64,000 nucleotides of DNA from Candidatus Fervidifonticultor quintus (lineage in GTDB: Bacteria; Sysuimicrobiota; Sysuimicrobiia; Sysuimicrobiales; Humicultoraceae). The notes beneath the pieces are model-generated. The model was not told where the DNA came from. It saw only the letters and a program-made list of their open reading frames with translations, and searched no databases. A program made the position numbers and the translations under genes. Shown here piece by piece: positions 31,096 to 41,890 of the stretch (position 1 is its first letter; every line of letters starts with the position of its first letter). Location: NCBI GenBank assembly GCA_031459535.1, contig JAVKIJ010000005.1, forward strand, positions 1-64,000, read 5' to 3'.

Positions 31096-31848
31096 CTACT
31101 TGAGACTGTCGAAGTCCCCAAAGATCATGAAGAGCTTGGCGAAGTTCACCTTTAGGGTCACGGCGTTCTTGATAATATCCTCTTTGCTGTTGTCCGTCAC
31201 CGCCTGATCCAGGGCGTGCAGGATCTCAGTGCCGGCCTGCAGGGCCTGCTGGCGTTGCGCGAGTTTGGCTGCGCTCAGTTCAAACACCTCGTTGTCCAGG
31301 GGGGCATGCACGACCAGCAGCCACGTTCGCCAGGCCTCGGGCAGTGTCTGGGCAATTCTGGCGACGTCCGTGTCGATCAGCGTCGCCGGCGTCTTGTCCT
31401 TGGCCGCCAGCACAATCTCTTCCATGGGGCCATGGAACTCCGTGAGGTAGTCCACGTAGTACTCCAGGCCGATGCGCCGCCTCGTCTCCAGCAGCCGCAG
31501 GCGGATCCCTTCCAGCGTCTCATGCGCGTCGACTAGATGTTCGCCGGTGCGCACGATGGCGTCGGCCTTGTGGATCTGCTCGTCGACGTACACCAGGTCC
31601 GCCTGCCACAGGGCGTCGGCGACGATGTAACCGGCGTACTTGCTCTTGAACACCTGCCACTGGCTCACCAGGATCGCCATGGCCTTCACCGACAGTAGAA
31701 CATTCGCCTGGCTGGTCAGCGCCAGGGCCGGGATGTACGCCCGGTCCAGCGCCGCCATGTCCCTGGCAAGGCCCGGGCTCGAGGCTCCGGCGGGCCCCAT
31801 AGCCAGCCCTAGCACCAGCGCACTCAGGATCACTGCGACCGTCCTCAT
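31096..31848 (-). CDS. Exported helical hypothetical protein
   Basis: GGAGGGGG RBS; signal peptide; LDRAYIPALALT, AHETLE, LTEFHGPME motifs. Confidence 0.8.
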   Translation of the reverse strand: MRTVAVILSALVLGLAMGPAGASSPGLARDMAALDRAYIPALALTSQANVLLSVKAMAILVSQWQVFKSKYAGYIVADALWQADLVYVDEQIHKADAIVRTGEHLVDAHETLEGIRLRLLETRRRIGLEYYVDYLTEFHGPMEEIVLAAKDKTPATLIDTDVARIAQTLPEAWRTWLLVVHAPLDNEVFELSAAKLAQRQQALQAGTEILHALDQAVTDNSKEDIIKNAVTLKVNFAKLFMIFGDFDSLK

Positions 31849-31930
31849 GATCTGCTCCCCCTCCAGCGCCCTGTCCGGAGTTCCCGTGCAGGGTCATCAT
31901 ACAGTACCTGGTATGGTATAATGCCCGTGC

Positions 31931-31973
31931 ATGAAAGCGACGCGAGGCGTCTGTGAAGCTTGGATGAAGATCT
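31931..31973 (-). promoter_or_regulatory. Four 11-bp-period direct repeats, putative OmpR-family binding site (copy 2)
   Basis: ATGAAA (31931), GCGAGG (31942), GTGAAG (31953), ATGAAG (31964); shares GAGGCGTCYGTGAAGCYTGGATGAAGATCT with copy 1. Confidence 0.7.
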
Positions 31974-33103
31974 CAGCGAGCGATGGGCAGGGTGAAGGAG
32001 AACGTGCTGCCCCGGCCGGGACCGGGACTGGAGGCCCAGATGCGGCCGCCGTGCGCCTCGACCAGATAGCGGGCGATGGTGAGGCCCAGCCCGCTCCCGC
32101 CGCCGGCTCGGGTCCGTGAGCGCTCCACCCGGAAGAATCGCTCGAACACATGCGGCAGGTGCTCGGGGGCGATCCCGATGCCCGTGTCCGTCACATCCAC
32201 CTGCACGACGTTGCCGGTCGCACGCGCGCTGACCGCAATGTGGCCCGGCGCGGGGGTGTACTGGATGGCGTTGCCGATGACGTTGATCAACACCTGCTGG
32301 ATGCGGTCGGCGTCCACCTCGACGTCCGGCAAGGATGCGGCCACATCGACGTCAATGGTCAGCCCCTTACCCTCGGCCTGCGGCTGCAGGCGCTCGATGA
32401 CGGTGCGGATCAGCGCAGCCGGGGCCATGCGGCGACGCGTGAGCACCACGATCCCCGCATCCAACCGGGAAAGTTCTTCCAGATCGGCTGTCAGTCGCTG
32501 GAGCCGGTCAACGTCCGTCGCGATCCGGTTGAACACCTCGGGATCGGCCGGCAGCACACCGTCGGTCAGCGCCTCCATGTACCCCTTGATGCCCGACAGC
32601 GGCGTGCGCAGTTCGTGGGCGACATCGGCCACGAGCGCCCGGCGCCGGGTCTCGGTCTGCTCCAGCGCCTCGGCCATGGCATTGAAACTGTCGGCAAGCG
32701 CGCCAATCTCGTCTCTGCCGTGCGAGGGAACCCGCTCGCCGTAGTGCCCCTCGGCGATGCGCCGGGTGGCCGCAGCCAGAGCCTGGACCGGCCGCACGAT
32801 CCGCCTGGACACGTACAGACTCAAGACCCCGGCCGCCAGGAGGGCCGCCAGGCCCGAGATGAGCAGCGCGCTGGACAGGCCGGATCGGTAGAGGTGTTCG
32901 AGGGTCGTGGCCGGCGGACCGAGCCCGCGGCCCGGACCCCAGCCGCCTGGTCCCAACCCGTGGATGCGTCGCTGGAACTGGCGCGGGGCGATCAGGCTGG
33001 CCGACCCCACCAATACCGCGATCCCCACGATAATTACAACCAGGTAGGTCGCAAAGAGCTTGAGTCCGAGCGCAGACCGCATCATTGGCGCCAATCGCCT
33101 CAT
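31973..33103 (-). CDS. HAMP-domain sensor histidine kinase (BaeS-like)
   Basis: Two TM helices, HAMP, VAHELRTPL H-box, N-box NAIQY, DTGIGI, GGSGLGL. Confidence 0.95.
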   Translation of the reverse strand: MRRLAPMMRSALGLKLFATYLVVIIVGIAVLVGSASLIAPRQFQRRIHGLGPGGWGPGRGLGPPATTLEHLYRSGLSSALLISGLAALLAAGVLSLYVSRRIVRPVQALAAATRRIAEGHYGERVPSHGRDEIGALADSFNAMAEALEQTETRRRALVADVAHELRTPLSGIKGYMEALTDGVLPADPEVFNRIATDVDRLQRLTADLEELSRLDAGIVVLTRRRMAPAALIRTVIERLQPQAEGKGLTIDVDVAASLPDVEVDADRIQQVLINVIGNAIQYTPAPGHIAVSARATGNVVQVDVTDTGIGIAPEHLPHVFERFFRVERSRTRAGGGSGLGLTIARYLVEAHGGRIWASSPGPGRGSTFSFTLPIAR

Positions 33104-33789
33104 TCGGCCTCGAACCGGTAGCCCACCCCTCGCACTGTGGAGATGAACGCCGGCCGGCTGGGGTCATCCTCGAGCTTCTTGCGCAGCTCCTTGATGTGGA
33201 CGTCCACGACGCGCTCGTCACCGAAGAAATCAGCGCCCCAGACGCGCTCGATGAGCTGCGCCCGGTTGAACACCAGACGCGGATGGCTGGCCAGCACCAG
33301 GAGCAGGTCGAACTCCAGCGATGTGAGGTCGACTTGGGCGTTGTCCTTCCAGACCCGGCGCTCGCCTGGATCGATGCGCAGGCGCCCCAACACCAACGGC
33401 TGAGGCCGCTCGGGCGCGCCGCGGCCGCGACGCAGGATGGCCTTGACGCGTGCCACCAGCTCGCGCGGGCTGAAGGGTTTGGTCAGGTAGTCATCGGCCC
33501 CGACGCTGAGGCCGACCACCTTGTCCGTCTCATCCGTCCGCGCCGTCAGGAGCAGGACGTACACTTGCGACCACTCGCGAAGGCGCCGCAGGACCTCAAT
33601 CCCATCTACCCCCGGCAGCATCACATCGAGGATCACCAGGTCAGGTCGGAGCTGTCGCGCCATGGCCAGGGCCGCCTCGCCATCAGCTGCCGCGTGGACC
33701 ACGAACCCCTCACGGGACAGATAGCGGGAGACGAGATCGCGCACCGACGGCTCGTCGTCGACCACGAGTACTGTGCGGCTGGATGCCAT
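33100..33789 (-). CDS. OmpR-family response regulator
   Basis: VVDDE, LDVMLP, LTA, KPF; wHTH VDVHIKELRKKL, TVRGVGY. Confidence 0.96.
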   Translation of the reverse strand: MASSRTVLVVDDEPSVRDLVSRYLSREGFVVHAAADGEAALAMARQLRPDLVILDVMLPGVDGIEVLRRLREWSQVYVLLLTARTDETDKVVGLSVGADDYLTKPFSPRELVARVKAILRRGRGAPERPQPLVLGRLRIDPGERRVWKDNAQVDLTSLEFDLLLVLASHPRLVFNRAQLIERVWGADFFGDERVVDVHIKELRKKLEDDPSRPAFISTVRGVGYRFEAE

Positions 33790-33827
33790 GTCTCCTGCAC
33801 CGAGGGTGGGCCCGAGCGCCGCGTCCC

Positions 33828-34721
33828 CTAGCGGGTCACCGTATACGGGTTCGCGCCCGGGTGCGTACCGCCTGCCCCAATGAAGATCAGGTTCGGAGAG
33901 ATCGGCGCCCCGTTCACCAGAAGGGTGAAGTGCAGCCGCCGGCCGGTGGTGCGAAAGTCCACCCCGTCGGCGTCGCCGCTCGCGGACGCCTCCCAGGCGA
34001 TCAGGCCGCGGCCGCGTGCCAACAGGTCGTCGCCTTCCAGGCGGACGCGCCCCACCTCATGAAACCGGCCGTCGGTGGACACCAGACCCGAGAGGCGACC
34101 CCACCCGCGCCCCTGCCACCGAATGTGCCACTCGTCACCATCGTGCCAGATGTAGTAGCCGAAACCGAAGAACGGCGGTTGACCGCGGTGGTGAGGCGGC
34201 CATCCCCCGCCCCCGGTCTCGCTCACGAAGACGAAGAACGGGTTGTCCGGCGGGTGGGTGCCGCGATGCCCGATGAAGATGGCGCCTGGACTGGCCAGCC
34301 TGCCGTCCATCGACAGGGCAAATCGCACCCATCCGGACGACTCCGCCAGGGTGAAGTCGAACCCCTCGGTGCCGACGGTGCGCGCGCGCCAGGTGACGGT
34401 ATTCCCGCCCCGGCGGAGCACCTCGCCGGTCTCGGCGCCCACCAGGATCAGGGCCCGGATGCCTCCGTCAGAGATGATCTCGCCGCTGAAGAGCCGGTGG
34501 ACGGCGATCGCCGTCCACCGCACATGGAAGCGGTCGCCATCGGCCCAGATGAAGTAGCCCTCGCGGGCCCAGAGGCTAGTGGACGGTGCGCCTATCGCGC
34601 TGCCGCGCGGCAGGCCCGGCTCCGACTGTGCCCCGGCCGGCAACGCGGTCAGTGCGGCCAGGGCTCCTGCTACCGCTGCTGCCGCCGCCAATCCCAGACG
34701 CTGTCGCATGCCGCTCACCAC
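33828..34721 (-). CDS. Exported protein with two tandem beta-rich repeats
   Basis: Signal peptide; GYFIWADGDRFHVRW...IFIGHRGTHPPDNPF and GYYIWHDGDEWHIRW...IFIGAGGTHPGANPY. Confidence 0.8.
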   Translation of the reverse strand: MVSGMRQRLGLAAAAAVAGALAALTALPAGAQSEPGLPRGSAIGAPSTSLWAREGYFIWADGDRFHVRWTAIAVHRLFSGEIISDGGIRALILVGAETGEVLRRGGNTVTWRARTVGTEGFDFTLAESSGWVRFALSMDGRLASPGAIFIGHRGTHPPDNPFFVFVSETGGGGWPPHHRGQPPFFGFGYYIWHDGDEWHIRWQGRGWGRLSGLVSTDGRFHEVGRVRLEGDDLLARGRGLIAWEASASGDADGVDFRTTGRRLHFTLLVNGAPISPNLIFIGAGGTHPGANPYTVTR

Positions 34722-34821
34722 CTTGCCCGTCTATGTGCACCATGTCATACGGAGGGCCCCCACGAGGCGGTTCCGAACCCTCTGAGGACAGTCTCTGGGG
34801 GTCTGGTGATGATCACCGGCG

Positions 34822-35040
34822 TTGACGATGTGGAGAGAACACCCACGCTGGGGCACCGAGAACGCGTTGATTGCGCTCGCAGACGGAGTCTATCTCGAGT
34901 TGCTGGCCGCGCGCGACCGGATGGGCAGCATATCAGCTGGCGGCTGGCGTTTGCAGACCACTGCGACCCCCCGGCGCTCATCGAAGGCGAGACGCCCCGC
35001 ACCCTGCGCGTCCCGGCACCTGTGGGGTTGAACCGGGAGA
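34822..35040 (+). pseudogene. Glyoxalase-like (VOC) gene remnant
   Basis: HPRWGTENALIALADGVYLELLA followed in another frame by PALIEGETPRTLRVP; much too short for the family. Confidence 0.55.
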
Positions 35041-35071
35041 TACGCCGCGCTGAAGTCGGCGTGCTGCGGGG

Positions 35072-35824
35072 TCAGGGTTCCGTTCGGCGGCTCGATCCTG
35101 GCAGGACCGGCGGCGTCCCTATCTTGGTGACCGAGCGACTCGGGGCGGGTTGACCACCCCCGCTGGCGCTCAGATGAGCCAGCACCGCACGGCTGGCCTG
35201 GCGCACATGATGGCGCATAGCCGCCTCGGCAGCCTGGGCGTCGCCGGCCTTGAGCGCGCGGACAACGGACACGTGCTCCTGTAGAGACGATGACAGGCGA
35301 CCGGGCAACTGCGCCGACGTACTGATGAGCAACCGGATCTGCCCGTCGAAGGACTCGGCGACCCGGGCGAGGCGGCTGTTGTCCGACGCCTGCCGCAGGA
35401 GCCGGTGGAACGCCATGTCCAGGTCCCCGTAGTGCTGCACGTCCCCCTCCTGCACGCACGCGCGCTGCTGCTCCAGCAGCCGGTCGAGGTGCGCGGCCAG
35501 CCGCTGGTTAATCCGCTGCGCCGCGCGGCTGGCGGCCAGCCCCTCGACGACCTCCCGGAGGGCGTACAACTCCTCCGCGTCCCGGGGCGTGATCTCGGGT
35601 ACGAAGTATCCCCGGTGAGGTACGGCGACGACGAGTCCCTCCCGCTCGAGTGCAGCCAGGGCCTCCTTGATCGGCGTGGGAGACAGACCCAGATCCTCGG
35701 AGAGGACCCGGACGATGAGCTTGCTGCCGGCCGGCAGCCGGCGGTCGAGGATCGCCGATCGAAGCGCCCGATAGGCCTCCCGGGACAGGGTCGTGCGGCC
35801 GATAGCCACGCGGTGACGGCGCAC
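35072..35824 (-). CDS. GntR-family regulator (FCD domain)
   Basis: AYRALRSAILD, LSEDLGLSPTPIKEAL, LYALREVVE, DMAFH, EH; GTG 6 nt after TATAGT. Confidence 0.92.
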   Translation of the reverse strand: MRRHRVAIGRTTLSREAYRALRSAILDRRLPAGSKLIVRVLSEDLGLSPTPIKEALAALEREGLVVAVPHRGYFVPEITPRDAEELYALREVVEGLAASRAAQRINQRLAAHLDRLLEQQRACVQEGDVQHYGDLDMAFHRLLRQASDNSRLARVAESFDGQIRLLISTSAQLPGRLSSSLQEHVSVVRALKAGDAQAAEAAMRHHVRQASRAVLAHLSASGGGQPAPSRSVTKIGTPPVLPGSSRRTEP

Positions 35825-35830
35825 GTCTCC

Positions 35831-35877
35831 ACTATAGCCGAACGCGTCTTGACCGGTCAAGATTTTAGATTTAGAAT
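35831..35877. promoter_or_regulatory. Overlapping divergent sigma70 promoters sharing a 16-bp palindrome
   Basis: TCTTGACCGGTCAAGA at 35847-35862; plus strand TTGACC-N17-TAGAAT (35849-35877); minus strand TTGACC-N18-TATAGT. Confidence 0.7.
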
Positions 35878-35919
35878 TCAATTTACGACCCACCCATCCC
35901 GATCGGTCAGGAGGACCCA

Positions 35920-36207
35920 GTGGCATACAGGGCGATTGCACATCGCAGGGGCGATGTCGTGGCGGTGGCCGTCGGCGACCTCAGCCCCGGCGAGACGATT
36001 CAGGTTCGCCTGCTGGACGGTTCGCCGCCGGTGACGGTCACGATCCGGGAACCGGTGCCGCTCGGGCACAAGGTCGCCCTCGCCGACCTAGTGCCCGGGC
36101 AGGACGTGATCGAATACGGCGAGCGCATCGGGCGCGCGACACAGCCCATCGTGGCCGGCGCGCACGTGCACGTCCACAACATCAAGAGCGCGAGGTGGTC
36201 GGCGTGA
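35920..36207 (+). CDS. suyA: Sulfolactate sulfo-lyase alpha subunit-like (UxaA SAF domain)
   Basis: H..GDVVAVAV.DL, VPLGHKVAL.DL, YGERIG, HVHVHNIKSARW; GTGA overlap with the next gene. Confidence 0.75.
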   Translation: MAYRAIAHRRGDVVAVAVGDLSPGETIQVRLLDGSPPVTVTIREPVPLGHKVALADLVPGQDVIEYGERIGRATQPIVAGAHVHVHNIKSARWSA

Positions 36208-37352
36208 CGCTTGTGGGCTACCGCCGTAAGGACGGCAGCGTGGGTGTCCGCAACCACGTGGTCATCCTGCCTCTGGACGACCTGTCCAACGCCGCAGCGG
36301 AGGGCGTGGGCAAGTTGATCCCGGGCACCCTTCCGCTCCCTCATCCCTACGGCCGGCTGCAGTTTGGCGAGGATCTCGACCTCTTCTTTCGCACCATGAT
36401 CGGGAACGGCGCCAATGCCAACGTGGCCGCGGTGGTGGTGATCGGCATCGAGCCCAAGTGGACGCAGCGCCTGGCCGACGGCATCGCCAGGACGGGCAAG
36501 CCGGTCGAGGCGTTCTCGATCGAGGGTGCAGGCGACCTGCGCACGGTCGAACGCGCCGCGCGCGCGGCCAAGGCCATGCTGCAGGACGCCACCGAGCTGC
36601 AGCGGGAGCCCATCGAGGTGCGGGACCTGGTGCTCTCCATCAAGTGCGGGGAGTCGGACACGACGCTGGGGGCAGCCGGAAACCCGGCGCTGGGGCGCGC
36701 GGTCGACGTGCTGCTGGACGCCGGCGCGACAGTGATCTTCGGGGAGACCTCCGAGCTGACCGGCGGCGAGCACCTGATCGCCGCGCGCTGCGCGACGCCT
36801 GCCGTGCGCGAAGCCTTCATGCGCACGTACGCCGCCTACGTGGCGTTCATCCAGTCCACGGGTGCGGACCTGATGGGTTCGCAGCCCACCGAGGGCAACA
36901 TCAAGGGCGGGCTGTCCACCATTGAGGAAAAGGCGTTGGGCAACATCCAGAAGACAGGCACGAGACCCGTGCAGTCGGTGCTGGGCCCGGCCGAGCGACC
37001 GCGCGGGCCGGGCCTCCACTTCATGGACACCTCCAGCGCCGCGGCAGAGATGATCACCCTGGCGGCGGCCGGCGGCTCGGTGCTCCACTTCTTCACCACC
37101 GGGCAGGGGAACGTGGTCGGGAACCCGATCGTTCCCGTGATCAAGATCTCGCCCAATCCCAGGACCGTGGCAGCCATGCGCGAGCACATCGATGTGGACC
37201 TATCGGAGCTGCTGGCCGGCGAGATCAGCCTGGAGCAGGCGGCCTCGCGCATCCTCGACGCGTTCGAGCGCACGGTGCGCGGTCGGTTGACCGCGGCCGA
37301 GGCACTGGCACACCGCGAGTTCGTGCTGACCAGGCTCTACCGCAGCGCCTGA
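36204..37352 (+). CDS. suyB: Sulfolactate sulfo-lyase beta subunit-like (UxaA family)
   Basis: LPLDDLSNAAAE, LPHPYGRLQFG, KCGESDTT, FMDTSSAAAEM and HREFVLTRLYRSA, recalled as SuyB-type rather than altronate/galactarate dehydratase-type segments. Confidence 0.8.
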   Translation: MTLVGYRRKDGSVGVRNHVVILPLDDLSNAAAEGVGKLIPGTLPLPHPYGRLQFGEDLDLFFRTMIGNGANANVAAVVVIGIEPKWTQRLADGIARTGKPVEAFSIEGAGDLRTVERAARAAKAMLQDATELQREPIEVRDLVLSIKCGESDTTLGAAGNPALGRAVDVLLDAGATVIFGETSELTGGEHLIAARCATPAVREAFMRTYAAYVAFIQSTGADLMGSQPTEGNIKGGLSTIEEKALGNIQKTGTRPVQSVLGPAERPRGPGLHFMDTSSAAAEMITLAAAGGSVLHFFTTGQGNVVGNPIVPVIKISPNPRTVAAMREHIDVDLSELLAGEISLEQAASRILDAFERTVRGRLTAAEALAHREFVLTRLYRSA

Positions 37353-37366
37353 TCGGGGGGTCCGCC

Positions 37367-38782
37367 GTGCAGATGTACGTGGCCGGGCAGTGGGTCGGGG
37401 GACCGCGCAGCCAGCCGGTGATCAATCCGTACGACGGCTCGGTAGTGGACACCGTGCCGCTGGCCGGGCCCGACGAGGTGGAGCGGGCGCTGGCCAGCGC
37501 CGAGCGCGGCGCGCGGGTCATGCGGCGGCTGGGCGGCTACCAGCGGTCCACGATCCTCCAGAAGGCCGCGCGCCTCCTGGAGCAGCGCGCCGAGCAGTTC
37601 GCTGCAACCATCACCCTCGAGGAAGGCAAGACCATCCGGGAAGCCCGCGCGGAGGTGGTGCGGGCTGTGGAGGTCCTGGCCCTCTCCGCCGAGGAGGCCA
37701 AACGACTGGCTGGCGAGACAGTACCGCTGGACGGCGCTCCGGGTGTGACCCAGCAGTTTGGGTTCACGATCCGGGTACCGTGCGGGATCGTGGTCGCCAT
37801 CAGCCCGTTCAACTTCCCGCTCATCCTGGTAGCGCACAAGGTAGGCCCGGCGCTAGCCGCGGGCAACAGCGTCATCCTCAAGCCAGCGACCGATACGCCG
37901 CTGTCGGCGCTACGGCTGGTCGAGGTCCTGCTGGAGGCCGGCCTCCCGGCTGAGGCGATCCAGTGCGTGATCGGCTCCGGACGCGAGATCGGTGAGCCGC
38001 TGTGCGCCGACCGACGGGTGCGCAAGATCACCTTCACCGGCAGCCGCGACGTGGGCGAGCGGATCTGCCGGGTCGCCGGCATCAAGAAGGTCACCATGGA
38101 GCTGGGGAGCAACTCACCCGTGGTCGTAATGCCCGATGCGGACCTGGAGGAGGTCGCGGGGGCCATCGCGGCCACAGGCTACAGCAATGCCGGACAGGTC
38201 TGCATCAGCGCCCAGCGTATCATCGGTTTGCGACCTATCTACGGGGACCTGATCGAGGCCTTGAAACCCAGGGTGGCGGCTATCACCACGGGCGACCCGC
38301 TCGACGAACATACGATGATGGGTCCCATGGTCAAGGAATCGGAGGCGAAGCGCGTGGAGATTTGGGTGCAAGAGGCCGTCGCGGGCGGCGCCCGCCTGGT
38401 GCTGGGCGGCGAACGCCAGGGCGCCATCTTTGCGCCCACGGCGGTGGCCGACGTGAGCCCCCGGATGCGCATCTCGTGCGAAGAGCTGTTCGGCCCGGCC
38501 GTAGCCCTCACGCCCGTCGACACCATCGATGAAGCCTTGGCGCTGACCAACAATTCACACTACGGGCTCTCGGCCGCCATCTTCACCAAGAACATCGAGT
38601 GGGCTATGCGGTATGCCAAAGAGGCCGATGCCGGCAACATCCACATCAACTGGGGACCCCAGTGGCGCGCCGACCTGATGCCCTATGGCGGCCTCAAGGA
38701 CAGCGGGTTCGGCAAGGAAGGCCCCAGGTATGCCGTGGCGGAGATGACCGAGCTCAAGATGGTGGTCATGCATCTCAAGTAG
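37367..38782 (+). CDS. Aldehyde dehydrogenase (lactaldehyde / sulfolactaldehyde dehydrogenase SlaB-like clade)
   Basis: SPFNFP, FTGS, MELGSN, NAGQVCISAQR, EELFGP, MPYGGLKDSGFGKEG. Confidence 0.9.
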   Translation: MQMYVAGQWVGGPRSQPVINPYDGSVVDTVPLAGPDEVERALASAERGARVMRRLGGYQRSTILQKAARLLEQRAEQFAATITLEEGKTIREARAEVVRAVEVLALSAEEAKRLAGETVPLDGAPGVTQQFGFTIRVPCGIVVAISPFNFPLILVAHKVGPALAAGNSVILKPATDTPLSALRLVEVLLEAGLPAEAIQCVIGSGREIGEPLCADRRVRKITFTGSRDVGERICRVAGIKKVTMELGSNSPVVVMPDADLEEVAGAIAATGYSNAGQVCISAQRIIGLRPIYGDLIEALKPRVAAITTGDPLDEHTMMGPMVKESEAKRVEIWVQEAVAGGARLVLGGERQGAIFAPTAVADVSPRMRISCEELFGPAVALTPVDTIDEALALTNNSHYGLSAAIFTKNIEWAMRYAKEADAGNIHINWGPQWRADLMPYGGLKDSGFGKEGPRYAVAEMTELKMVVMHLK

Positions 38783-38832
38783 GTCCCGGCCGCGACCGCG
38801 GCCGGACGCGAAACGCGAGGGGGGAGAAGATC

Positions 38833-40098
<1,266 letters not shown>

Positions 40099-40113
40099 CA
40101 GCGGGAGCGGCGC

Positions 40114-41052
40114 GTGACCGCGCCCTGGCTGGTCCGACCCGGGGCGGGATCGCGGGTCCTCCGCCGCTGGATGAGCGGCCAGCTCACGCAAGGTGAGCTG
40201 GCCGCGCTGCTCATTCTGCCGTGCTTGCTCTTCCTGGCGGTCTTCGCCGCCTACCCCATCGTCAACGCGGTGTGGACCGCGCTCCACACCCTGCGCCTGG
40301 ATCAGCCGCATCTGGGGACACCGTTCGTGGGGCTGCGCAACTTCGCCAAGGCCCTGGGCGACCCGGAGGCGTGGCACGCCATCCGGGTGACCTTCCTCTA
40401 CGCCGGGGTCACGGTGGCCGCCCAGTTCGCGCTGGGCCTGGCCGTGGCCCTGATCATCCACCCCATGGGGCGGGGCAGGGGGTTCGTGCGGGCCGCGGCC
40501 CTGCTGCCCTGGACCATGGCGCCGGTGCTGGCTGGGCAGATGTGGAGGTGGTTGTTCAACGACCAGGCCGGCGTGGTCAACGACCTGCTGAACCGCCTGG
40601 GGCTGATCAGCAGCCAGATCATCTGGCTCGGGGTACCAGCTCTGGCGTTCTTTGCGGTGACCGTCGCCGCCACCTGGGGCGCGGCTTCGTACATGGCGCT
40701 CATCCTGCTGGCCGGTCTCCAGGGCATTCCCGACGAGCTCTACGAAGCTGCCAGCCTGGACGGCGCCTCGCCCGTCCGATCGTTCCTCGCGGTGACGCTG
40801 CCGCTCCTGCGCCCTGCCATCATGGTCTCCCTGGTGCTCCGCACCCTGGGCGCCCTGCAGGCCCTGGACCTGCCGTTCGCCATGACCGGCGGCGGCCCGG
40901 GCAACGCCACGGAGACGTTCGCGCTCTTCATCTATAAGAACACCTTCCAGTTCCTGGACTTCGGGTACGGGGCCGCGCTCTCGGTGATCCTGGTTGTCAT
41001 CGCGCTGGCCTTGGCCGGCACGTACTACCGCGTGCTGGCCCCGCGGGACTAG
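40114..41052 (+). CDS. Carbohydrate ABC transporter permease (MalF-like)
   Basis: FVGLRNF; EAA loop LYEAASLDGA; TGGGPG. Confidence 0.93.
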   Translation: MTAPWLVRPGAGSRVLRRWMSGQLTQGELAALLILPCLLFLAVFAAYPIVNAVWTALHTLRLDQPHLGTPFVGLRNFAKALGDPEAWHAIRVTFLYAGVTVAAQFALGLAVALIIHPMGRGRGFVRAAALLPWTMAPVLAGQMWRWLFNDQAGVVNDLLNRLGLISSQIIWLGVPALAFFAVTVAATWGAASYMALILLAGLQGIPDELYEAASLDGASPVRSFLAVTLPLLRPAIMVSLVLRTLGALQALDLPFAMTGGGPGNATETFALFIYKNTFQFLDFGYGAALSVILVVIALALAGTYYRVLAPRD

Positions 41053-41054
41053 CC

Positions 41055-41888
41055 ATGGCGGGCCGACGGCGCCTCGGGGGGATCGGGCACTGGCTGCTGA
41101 TCGGCCTGGTCGTGGCGTGGTCGCTGGCGCCGTATGCCTGGACCCTGTTCACGTCGTTCAAGACCGAGCGCGAGCTCTACCAGTTCCCGGTGACCTACTG
41201 GCCGCACCGGCCGACATTCATCAACTACGCGCAGGTCTTCACCCAGAACCCGTTCGGCCGCTTCTTGCTCAACAGCGCCATCGTCACGGTGACCTCGACG
41301 GTGCTGTGCCTGTTCATCGCATCCCTGGCCGCCTATGCGTTCGCCCGGCTCCAGTTCCGCGGTCGCGAGGTGTTGCTGGTGGGCCTGCTGGTGGTGGCCA
41401 TGGTCCCGCTCATCACGGTGATCGTGCCTCTCTACATCCTGGTGCGCAACCTGGGTCTGCTCAACTCGTATGCCGGGCTCATCGCGCCGTACGTCACGTA
41501 CTCCCTGCCGGTGGCGATCTTCATCCTCGCGGCGTTCTTCCGGGAGATTCCCCCCGAACTCGAGGAAGCCGCGCTCATCGACGGCTGCACCCGGCTGAAC
41601 ACCCTGTGGCGGATCATCGCGCCGCTGGCGGCGCCGGGGTTGATCACGGCCGGGATCATCGTGTTCGTCTACACCTGGAACGAGTTCCTGGTGGCGCTGA
41701 CGTTGACCAGCACCACAGAGGTCCGCACGATCACCGTGGGGATCGCGCTCTACCGCGGCGAATTCACCTTCCCGTGGGGCGTGATCTCCGCCGCGGTGAT
41801 GCTGGCCACGATCCCGATCATGACCTTGATCCTGTTGGGCCAGCGCCTGGTCATCCGCGGACTGACGGCCGGCGCGGTCAAGGGGTAG
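41055..41888 (+). CDS. Carbohydrate ABC transporter permease (MalG-like)
   Basis: TSFK, ELEEAALIDG, WNEF, GLTAGAVKG. Confidence 0.94.
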   Translation: MAGRRRLGGIGHWLLIGLVVAWSLAPYAWTLFTSFKTERELYQFPVTYWPHRPTFINYAQVFTQNPFGRFLLNSAIVTVTSTVLCLFIASLAAYAFARLQFRGREVLLVGLLVVAMVPLITVIVPLYILVRNLGLLNSYAGLIAPYVTYSLPVAIFILAAFFREIPPELEEAALIDGCTRLNTLWRIIAPLAAPGLITAGIIVFVYTWNEFLVALTLTSTTEVRTITVGIALYRGEFTFPWGVISAAVMLATIPIMTLILLGQRLVIRGLTAGAVKG

Positions 41889-41890
41889 AC

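Noticed and set aside
30970-31973. Repeats considered as a CRISPR array or MITE
   Set aside because: Only short 11-bp-period hexamers at two promoters; no spacers, terminal inverted repeats or cas genes.
40994-41890. 767-aa ORF suggesting a fusion to the isomerase
   Set aside because: The first 299 codons are an off-frame shadow of the MalG-like permease; the real start is GTG 41891.
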